A stretch of DNA of 64,000 bases from an uncultured candidate division Zixibacteria bacterium (GTDB lineage Bacteria > Zixibacteria > MSB-5A5 > GN15 > FEB-12), in assembly GCA_963735035.1 (NCBI GenBank), contig CAVTJJ010000004.1, positions 544,001 to 608,000 of the forward strand, in the 5' to 3' direction. A program made the position numbers and the translations under genes. Of the stretch, positions 10,476-17,383 are shown in pieces. How positions within the stretch are numbered: the stretch's first letter is position 1; each line of letters starts with the position of its first letter. Below the pieces are notes generated by a model. The model was not told the DNA's origin. It did no database searches and saw only the letters and a program-made list of their open reading frames with translations.

Positions 10476-11954
10476 ATGCGAAAGTTCGGGTTGCGTATCG
10501 GTTATCGCACATTCATAATTGCCCTTCTGCTGATGGCCACATCTGTATGGGCCCGTGATCTGACTTTGGATCAGGCGCTTGAAATCGCCCTAAATCGTAC
10601 GATGCGAGGGGAAATGATCGAGGGCAATCTGGACGTCGCGCAGCAGTTGTACTCCGCCCGACGGATCAACATGTATTTGCCCGAGATTTCCATCAACGGT
10701 TCGCTGCCCAGTCTGCGTAAGTCCGAGGCTTATGAAGAACTTCGTCTGGGCGAGTTCGGCTGGTCCAACCGCCGGTACTACGATTACACGACGTTTGTGG
10801 AGCTTCAGCAGACACTTATCACCGGTGGCACATTGACCGCGACCGCAGATCTAGCCTCGGAAAATCGTCGGCTCCCGTTTACGTCCCGCAAATCCGGAGT
10901 GTCCGATCTGCAGGATCAGTTCAGTAAGAGCGGCTCTCTTCGATTGAGTCTCGCGCAGCCGTTGTTCCGGCCTTCCTCGGTGAAGAACGAGCTTCACAAT
11001 CGCCAGGATGATCTTGAGATTGCGCGTGTCACGCGGGTCGAGGAAACCGCGAAACTCAAGCGGGAAGTGACCGAAGCGTATCTTGGCACGCTGCAGCTTG
11101 CCTTGAAAGACGACATTGCCTCGCGCAAGCTCGATCAGGCGTCGCTGCAGGAAGGGATCGACTCGGCCAAACTGAGCGATGGGGTTTTGTCGGAAGAGGA
11201 TTATCTGCTGTCGACATCGGCGCGTCTGGACGCCGAATTGGCTGGGCACACCGCCGAGACCGATCTGGGAGAGAAGAAGCGAGAATTGGCGACTCTGCTC
11301 GATGTCGATGCCACCGAAGCGCTCGACTTGCTCATGCCCGAGATTCCCACACATGTGGACAGCGCTACGCGCGCAACATTGATTGCCAATTGGGAGCAGA
11401 CCGCGCCCATTCGCAAGGCGAGTCACACGCTCGACAAAGCGAAGAGAGAGGCCGATTACGCTGCGGCCGGTCACGGCCTGACCGGCGATCTGGCGGCGTC
11501 ATATTCTTTCGGCCAGCAGGATGTGCGGGTCGAAAACATTGATACGGCCACCATCAATAATTACCGCACCAACAACTGGACCGTGGCCTTGCAGTTGAAA
11601 TTGCCACTTTGGGACGGCGGTGCTGGAAGCGCGGCAGTACGAGCCGCGAGGTATCAGGCCGAGCAGGCCAATTACGAGTTTACCCGCGCCCAGCGCTCCG
11701 CCCGAGCCAAAATCATCAATTTGCTTAACCAGCTCGACGTCTCCTATCAGCGCCTCGATATCATAAAGAAACAGATCGGCCTGGCCGAGGAACGCCTCGA
11801 GATCGCCAATCAGCGCTTCGCCGACGGCCGTATTTCAAGGTTGACCCTGCTTAACAGCGAGGTTTTCTTGCTGGAGACTAAAGACCGCTACCTGGAAGAA
11901 TTGAAAAAGTACCTGGTGAATCGAATCGATCTCGACAGCCAGTATCTTATCTGA
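10476..11954 (+). CDS. TolC family outer membrane efflux protein
   Basis: Signal peptide, LTLDQALEIAL, YLPEIS, LSLAQPLF, LPLWDGG, RFADGRIS; operon with adaptor and permease. Confidence 0.85.
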   Translation: MRKFGLRIGYRTFIIALLLMATSVWARDLTLDQALEIALNRTMRGEMIEGNLDVAQQLYSARRINMYLPEISINGSLPSLRKSEAYEELRLGEFGWSNRRYYDYTTFVELQQTLITGGTLTATADLASENRRLPFTSRKSGVSDLQDQFSKSGSLRLSLAQPLFRPSSVKNELHNRQDDLEIARVTRVEETAKLKREVTEAYLGTLQLALKDDIASRKLDQASLQEGIDSAKLSDGVLSEEDYLLSTSARLDAELAGHTAETDLGEKKRELATLLDVDATEALDLLMPEIPTHVDSATRATLIANWEQTAPIRKASHTLDKAKREADYAAAGHGLTGDLAASYSFGQQDVRVENIDTATINNYRTNNWTVALQLKLPLWDGGAGSAAVRAARYQAEQANYEFTRAQRSARAKIINLLNQLDVSYQRLDIIKKQIGLAEERLEIANQRFADGRISRLTLLNSEVFLLETKDRYLEELKKYLVNRIDLDSQYLI

Positions 11955-12997
11955 TGAGCACGAAGATTCTCATACGCACGCCCAATCATCTGGGCGACTG
12001 CATAATGGCGATGCCGATGATCAACGAGACCCGCGAGGCCTATCCGGGGTCGACGGTGACCGTCCTTACCCCTGAGCACCTGTCCGATTTGTTCACCAGC
12101 AATCCCGGCATAGATCGAATCCTGACGATCCCCACGCATCACGTTCATGGCGTGATAGGTGTCTTCAAGGTCAAAGAGATAATTTCTTCGGACGAGTACG
12201 ACATCGGCTACGTCCTGCCTCCTTCGTTCGGGGCGGCCTCGTCGTTCAAGCTGGGCGGGGTGAAAGAGCGGATCGGGTACATTGCCGACGGCCGTCGCAT
12301 GCTGCTTACTAAGCCGCTGCCTTTGCCGACTCCGCTCAACTCGGAACACCGTTCCAAGGTCTATTTTGATTTGCTTCGTCGCGGCGGCGGCGTCTCGCTC
12401 GAATACGTGAAGCCGAAAGTGTTCCTGAGTGAAGCCGACGGCGAAGCGGCTTTCAAGCTGCTGGTCGGATTTGGTGTAAGCGAATCTGACCGTTACGCCG
12501 TAATCGCTTTTCGCGCCGTGGCGGAATCGCGCCGCTGGGGAACCGAAAATTATACCGAGCTGTGTCGTCGTTTGCATTCGGTTTATTCGTTGAAAGTAGT
12601 GCTGGTGGGCACCGAGGAAAATCGCAAAGTGGGGGATGAAATTGCCGGCGCCGCCGGAGGAGCCGAGGGCCTTACCGTAAATCTGGCCGGGAAGACCTCG
12701 CTGCGCGAGTTGGCGGCGGTCTGTTCGCGGGCGGTCGTGTTTGTAGGGAATGATTCCGGCCCGGCCCATCTGGTGGCCGCGGTCGGCGCGCCGCTGGTGG
12801 TTTTGTCAGGGGCGGACGATCCTCAGGAGACGTCGCCCATGGCGAGTAAGAAGCGCCTGATCATTCGCGATCAGTTGGAGTGCATCAGTTGCGTCAAGAA
12901 CAAGTGTCCGCTCAAGGGTGATGCTTTCATGCGCTGCATGACGGAGATTACGGTCGATTCGGTCATGGCCGAGGTGGCGGCGCTGATGCAGGGGTAG
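11954..12997 (+). CDS. waaF: LPS heptosyltransferase II (GT9)
   Basis: PNHLGDCIMAMP, NLAGKTSLREL, VGNDSGPAHL. Confidence 0.85.
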   Translation: MSTKILIRTPNHLGDCIMAMPMINETREAYPGSTVTVLTPEHLSDLFTSNPGIDRILTIPTHHVHGVIGVFKVKEIISSDEYDIGYVLPPSFGAASSFKLGGVKERIGYIADGRRMLLTKPLPLPTPLNSEHRSKVYFDLLRRGGGVSLEYVKPKVFLSEADGEAAFKLLVGFGVSESDRYAVIAFRAVAESRRWGTENYTELCRRLHSVYSLKVVLVGTEENRKVGDEIAGAAGGAEGLTVNLAGKTSLRELAAVCSRAVVFVGNDSGPAHLVAAVGAPLVVLSGADDPQETSPMASKKRLIIRDQLECISCVKNKCPLKGDAFMRCMTEITVDSVMAEVAALMQG

Positions 12998-13010
12998 ATT
13001 GAAACGACCA

Positions 13011-13096
13011 ACCCACAGCAAGCTGTGGGGTACCATGCTTCGACATTCTTGTAGGGCAGGACCGTCCTCGCCTGCTCGCCGGGGCGAGAACCTGCC
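13011..13096. repeat. Two REP-like palindromes
   Basis: 13011-13034 and 13050-13096 are reverse complements of elements at 5064-5087 and 5765-5811. Confidence 0.85.
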
Positions 13097-13214
13097 AAAG
13101 ACCTGACGCAACTTTGGAATTCAATCAGGTATTCGTGTATAAGTTGTTGCCAACGGGGGCTTGTCAGTGTTTCTTTCCGTCGCCTAATTTGGCAATGATT
13201 GCAGGATTGACTGA

Positions 13215-14102
13215 ATGAACAGGGAACTCGCCACAAAAGAAAAGACCACCGTCGCGTTGTCCTCGGTTGTCGCCGCGATCTTTTTGACCGGGTCGAAGAC
13301 CGTCATCGGTCTCTTGACCGGCAGTCTTGGTATCCTGGCCGAGGCGCTTCACTCCGGTTTGGACCTGCTGGCGGCGGTCATTACCTACTTCTCTGTTCGC
13401 ATTTCCGACCGACCGGCCGATCGAGACCATCATTTCGGCCACGGTAAAGTCGAGAACCTCTCCGCCCTATTTGAGACTGTTCTACTACTGGTCACCTGCA
13501 TTTGGATCATATACGAGGCAGTGCACCGCTTGACGACCGGGAAGGTAGAAATCGAAGTCACATACTGGAGTTATATCGTCGTAATCGCTTCCATTCTAAT
13601 AGATTTCACTCGGTCGCGGGCGCTCATGAAGGCCGCTAAGAAGCACAATTCCCAGGCGTTGGAAGCCGACGCGCTTCATTTCTCGACTGATATCTGGAGC
13701 TCGGCGGTCGTGCTGCTCGGCCTGGTCTGCGCCCAAATTGGCTGGCATTCGGCCGACTCCTTCGCGGCCCTGGTGGTGGCGGCGATTGTCATATATGTCT
13801 GCTACAACCTGGGCAAACGCGCCGTCTCGGTGTTGCTCGACCGGGCGCCTGATGGTTCGCTGGAGACAATCTACGAGACCGCCGCCAAGATGCCGGAAAT
13901 TTTCGCCGTGCATGACATACGAATTCGCAATTCGGGGGCGGATGTGTTCGTCGATATGTCAATTCACGTGGACAGCCGGCTGACAATTGCCCAGGCGCAC
14001 GATATTTCGGATCGGCTGGAACTTGAATTGCAGCGGAAGATAGCCCGCTGTCAGGTTCACGTTCATCAGGAACCTCAGGAAGATTCGGAAGCGGACAGCT
14101 GA
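13215..14102 (+). CDS. Cation diffusion facilitator (FieF-like) transporter
   Basis: AEALHSGLD, PAD.DHHFGHGKVE, ADALHFSTD, C-terminal dimerisation domain with HQEP. Confidence 0.92.
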   Translation: MNRELATKEKTTVALSSVVAAIFLTGSKTVIGLLTGSLGILAEALHSGLDLLAAVITYFSVRISDRPADRDHHFGHGKVENLSALFETVLLLVTCIWIIYEAVHRLTTGKVEIEVTYWSYIVVIASILIDFTRSRALMKAAKKHNSQALEADALHFSTDIWSSAVVLLGLVCAQIGWHSADSFAALVVAAIVIYVCYNLGKRAVSVLLDRAPDGSLETIYETAAKMPEIFAVHDIRIRNSGADVFVDMSIHVDSRLTIAQAHDISDRLELELQRKIARCQVHVHQEPQEDSEADS

Positions 14103-14159
14103 GCGGGCCTCCGCTCTCTGGTTCCCTTTTCTTGTTCGGATATCCTCTTCTGTACTTCA

Positions 14160-14462
14160 CTCAACGGGTGGGATTTGGAGCGCGGCGTCCAGCCCCGTCA
14201 TGCCCGACTTGGTCGGGCAACCATGGCCACTCGCACTTGCAGAATGTGAAGCGCCAACTTGAGGGTCAGACGCGGGACGAGACTTCTTGAGCATCCGATC
14301 AATCTTTCACAAGACATTAGTCTCTATCGGTCATCAACTCGCTCGATTGTTATGTACCATTGTCCAGCGCGACAGCCCATGGACCCCCGACGCCTCGGGG
14401 GTGACGGCCTTTCGGCCGTCTATACACGTTTCGGTACCCCACCAACGGGTGGGGATTATTCG
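14160..14462. repeat. ~270-300 bp composite palindromic repeat
   Basis: Collinear homology with ~5382-5647 (GTCATGCCCGAC hairpin ... CCCCCGACG hairpin, GACGGCC hairpin, CCCACC hairpin). Confidence 0.82.
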
Positions 14463-14503
14463 ACGTGTAACCTGCCGCGTTTCATCAACGCGACATTCGC
14501 AAG

Positions 14504-14551
14504 TCACTCCCCAAATGCAAACTGCCAGTACGCCAGCGCGGCGATCACGAT
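14504..14551 (-). pseudogene. Orphan duplicate of the last 15 codons plus stop of the 14670-14894 gene
   Basis: Minus strand reads IVIAALAYWQFAFGE*, identical to the gene's C-terminus but with 7 synonymous codon differences. Confidence 0.75.
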
Positions 14552-14669
14552 TTGAACTCATCAATACGAGCCGGCAGATGTGGGCATCTGCCGGGCACTT
14601 GGCGACATTCGAGATCGCTATCGCTCGCCCGCGAAGCACGGACGAGGCACGTGATAACGGATGCGGATA

Positions 14670-14894
14670 TCACTCCCCGAACGCAAACTGCCAGTAAGCC
14701 AATGCAGCGATTACGATCGAGAACGCCACCCCAGCAATAAACCCAGCCCGGAAATTGTCGTACCGACCAAGAAACGATTTCTTCTTTTCGGCGCGGCTAA
14801 CCAGATCGGCGTGACAGTGCTTGCAGCGGATTGCGCCCGCCGCTATGGGTTCCTTACAAAAAGGACAACGCGTGGTTTCTTTCGCCAGAGACAT
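14670..14894 (-). CDS. Small zinc-ribbon membrane protein
   Basis: CPFCKEPI...A..CKHC plus one C-terminal TM helix. Confidence 0.8.
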   Translation of the reverse strand: MSLAKETTRCPFCKEPIAAGAIRCKHCHADLVSRAEKKKSFLGRYDNFRAGFIAGVAFSIVIAALAYWQFAFGE

Positions 14895-14941
14895 GGTTTA
14901 AGATTGCTCAGGGACAGTGTGCGAATCAACCACAAAACAAA

Positions 14942-15019
14942 GCGTCAGGTCACACCTCGCCCGACTCCGTCAGCCTCGGCAAGACCCCCGATCTGGTCGG
15001 GGGAAAGCTCTGACGCAAC
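14942..15019. repeat. GCGTCAGGTCACACCTC-family palindromic repeat
   Basis: Related copies at 33185-33238 (inverse), 38220-38283, 38467-38509. Confidence 0.8.
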
Positions 15020-15138
15020 AGTATTGGGGAGCAGATGGGCGGTAAGGCAGGGACGCCTGACCGCACGCTTGACAGGTCGCCTGACCGCACGCCCGGCTGG
15101 TGCGGTAGTCGCCGTACTCGGTCCACATTCGAATCATG

Positions 15139-15167
15139 TTGACAAGTGGTCTGTGCGGGAATATTTT
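15139..15167 (+). promoter_or_regulatory. Putative sigma70 promoter, precursor copy 1
   Basis: TTGACA-17 nt-TATTTT; both boxes identical in copy 2 while the spacer diverges. Confidence 0.7.
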
Positions 15168-15358
15168 GGTTGTGAGACAGGGCCAGTGTTCACCAGGTAT
15201 CCGCTCAGAAATTCTCCCACTGGACTCATTTGAAATATTGATCTTTTTCACGCGGCCGGAGCGTTTTGTGTCCGACACCGAATTTGACACTCGACATTGC
15301 AAAAATTATGGGCGTGTATTCGCCCTTACCACTTCACAATATGAAAGGAGAATTTGAA

Positions 15359-15454
15359 GTGAAACTAATCCAACTGCCGGGTTTGGAGTCACATCCGAAA
15401 CCGCCGCTCTGTATCGCCAAGGGTCCGCTGTATATCATCTGCGGGCACTACTAG
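15359..15454 (+). CDS. Putative RiPP precursor peptide A1 (31 aa, MKLIQLPGLESHPKPPLCIAKGPLYIICGHY)
   Basis: AAGGAG RBS 8 nt before GTG; paralogous to 15852-15944; upstream of two rSAM/SPASM genes. Confidence 0.85.
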   Translation: MKLIQLPGLESHPKPPLCIAKGPLYIICGHY

Positions 15455-15475
15455 GATTCATAGTTGAATCACAGT

Positions 15476-15506
15476 CAAGCGCCGGCGGCCTCACGGCCGG
15501 CGCTTG
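15476..15506 (+). terminator. Strong hairpin after precursor A1 (terminator or mRNA-stabilising stem)
   Basis: CAAGCGCCGGC-9 nt-GCCGGCGCTTG perfect 11-bp stem; only weak U-tract. Confidence 0.6.
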
Positions 15507-15633
15507 GCCACTTCGTTTCGACTCACCCACAGACATAAGCTCAGTCGCACGATTACCCCAACCGCTAAAGCACACGGGTACACTCCCTTTTCTAGGAATT
15601 CAAGTTGACTGTGTCACAGTTGATCGAATCAGG

Positions 15634-15662
15634 TTGACAAGCCGCGTGACCGAGAATATTTT
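15634..15662 (+). promoter_or_regulatory. Putative sigma70 promoter, precursor copy 2
   Basis: TTGACA-17 nt-TATTTT, same as copy 1. Confidence 0.7.
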
Positions 15663-15851
15663 GTCTCTAAGACAGGGTCAGTGCGCACCGGGTATCCGCA
15701 TTTATTTTCTTCCACTTGACTCAATTCGAATGAACTTGTTCGCACGGCCGGAGCGTTTTGTGTCCGACACCGAATTTGGCACTCGTTATTGCAGCAATAA
15801 TGGGCGTAAGTGCGCCCATTCTATGAAACCTCACACAATAGGAGACGTCAC

Positions 15852-15944
15852 ATGAAGTTGATCCAACTCCCCGGTATGGAGCCGGTCGAACAGAAGCCCT
15901 GCCCGTCCAAAGGCATTTGGTACATCATCTGTTCAATTCATTAA
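15852..15944 (+). CDS. Putative RiPP precursor peptide A2 (30 aa, MKLIQLPGMEPVEQKPCPSKGIWYIICSIH)
   Basis: AGGAG RBS 7 nt before ATG; below the ORF-track size cut-off; shares MKLIQLPG.E and CxxKGxxYIIC with A1. Confidence 0.87.
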   Translation: MKLIQLPGMEPVEQKPCPSKGIWYIICSIH

Positions 15945-15960
15945 TTGATAGTGTGGTAGA

Positions 15961-15990
15961 GAACATGCGTCGGTTGCCCGGCGCATGTTC
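15961..15990 (+). terminator. Hairpin between precursor A2 and the first rSAM gene
   Basis: GAACATGCGTCGG-TTGC-CCGGCGCATGTTC stem (one G-U pair); no strong U-tract, so read-through is plausible. Confidence 0.6.
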
Positions 15991-16042
15991 CTTAACATCC
16001 AGGCCCCTCAGGTTTCACCCGTAGTATCTCCTGGCATTAGAC

Positions 16043-17383
16043 ATGAAAGCTTCCCCGTATAATCATTTCTTTGAGTTGCTCGACGGCCGAGTTGTCCTCG
16101 CTTACAACAGCTTGTCTGGGAAGGTGGCCGAAATCGAGCCGGAACATTACGCGGCCGTACGAGACCTTCTGAACGACCCGGGACAGTCACGCGACGCAAA
16201 GTCCGAAGAGTTCTATCAGTGTCTGTGCGATGGCGGGTTTCTGATTCCCGACGGCGTCGATCAGCACGCCGCCCTTAGAGTAAACGCTCGGTCCGCGCGA
16301 CTTCAAGGGTCGGCCCTCACCCTGACTATTGCCCCGACCCTGGCCTGTAATTTTGCGTGCGATTACTGCTTCGAAGCGCGTTCCAACATTCTCATGTCGA
16401 AGGATACCCAGGCGGCCCTGTTGTCGTTCGTCGATCAACAACTGTATCGGTTCTCCGGCCTGCGGATCTGCTGGTTCGGCGGGGAACCGACTCTCTGCCT
16501 TCCGGTAATCGAACGGTTGCAACATCAGCTTCGAGCCCTTGCGGAAAAGCACCATGCCAGCCTGCTTCCGGCCATGATCATTACCAACGGCTACCTGATG
16601 GATGCAACCATGGCAACGCGGCTGCGTGAACTCGGTGTGAGACAGGCCCAGATCACGCTCGATGGGCCCGAGGCCGTGCACGACCGTCGACGCAAACTGC
16701 GCAATGGCAAGGGTACGTTCAGCAGAATTATCGAGAACCTTCGCGAAACGGTCGACATTCTGCGGATCAATTTGAGAATCAACATCGACAGGGACAATGT
16801 CGATACGGCCTGCGAAGTGGCCGAGATCCTCCGGCAAAACGGAATACTGGGCAAAGTGAAGGTCAACTTCGCTCAGATCACGGCATCCGACACGGTCTGC
16901 TCGGATGTCAGGGAAAGATGCCAGGACAGTCGCGAGTTCGCCGGAATCCTGGAGAAGATCTACCGCACGTTTCACGAGTCGGGAGTTCACGAAATAAATC
17001 ACCCTCAAGTATCGCCCGAGGGTACCTGTGGGGCCGTATCTGAGGGGTATTACGTGGTATCACCCAACGGTTTCCTGTTCAAATGCTGGGAGGACTTGTC
17101 GGTGACCGGCGACAAATCGATCGGTACCGTCTTTACGCCGGAGCTGAACGAACAGCAGAAGACGAATCTGGAGAGCTACCGGGCATGGCAACCACTTAAA
17201 CTCGAGGGGTGTCAGGCCTGCAAAGTCTTGCCGGTCTGCATGGGCGGCTGTCCGGCCCGCGGCCGCGAGTTGATCAACCCCACCCACGGCGCCTGTACAA
17301 CTTGGAAATATAACCTGAAAGAAATGCTGGAACTGGCTTACATCGCAGCTAACCGTCCGTCCGAGCCACACGGGAATTCATGA
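16043..17383 (+). CDS. Radical SAM/SPASM peptide maturase with probable N-terminal RRE
   Basis: CNFACDYC, WFGGEPTL, ITNGYL, QITLDG...HD.RR; SPASM C..(NG...KC)..CQAC..LP.CMGGCP..C; ~90-aa N-terminal extension (YNHFF..LAYNSLSG..GGFLIP). Confidence 0.92.
   Translation: MKASPYNHFFELLDGRVVLAYNSLSGKVAEIEPEHYAAVRDLLNDPGQSRDAKSEEFYQCLCDGGFLIPDGVDQHAALRVNARSARLQGSALTLTIAPTLACNFACDYCFEARSNILMSKDTQAALLSFVDQQLYRFSGLRICWFGGEPTLCLPVIERLQHQLRALAEKHHASLLPAMIITNGYLMDATMATRLRELGVRQAQITLDGPEAVHDRRRKLRNGKGTFSRIIENLRETVDILRINLRINIDRDNVDTACEVAEILRQNGILGKVKVNFAQITASDTVCSDVRERCQDSREFAGILEKIYRTFHESGVHEINHPQVSPEGTCGAVSEGYYVVSPNGFLFKCWEDLSVTGDKSIGTVFTPELNEQQKTNLESYRAWQPLKLEGCQACKVLPVCMGGCPARGRELINPTHGACTTWKYNLKEMLELAYIAANRPSEPHGNS

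Noticed and set aside
15168..15345. Known riboswitch (c-di-GMP, SAM, cobalamin) in the duplicated leader
   Set aside because: I could not find the consensus elements of these families by eye; kept only as an unknown conserved element
15266..15358. 62-aa ORF-track version of precursor A1
   Set aside because: RBS position and alignment with A2 place the start at GTG 15359; the extension is not preserved in copy 2
15777..15793. Sigma54 promoter TGGCAC..TTGCA before precursor A2
   Set aside because: GG-to-GC spacing is 11 nt rather than the required 10, and copy 1 has GA in place of GG; not called, though the block is conserved
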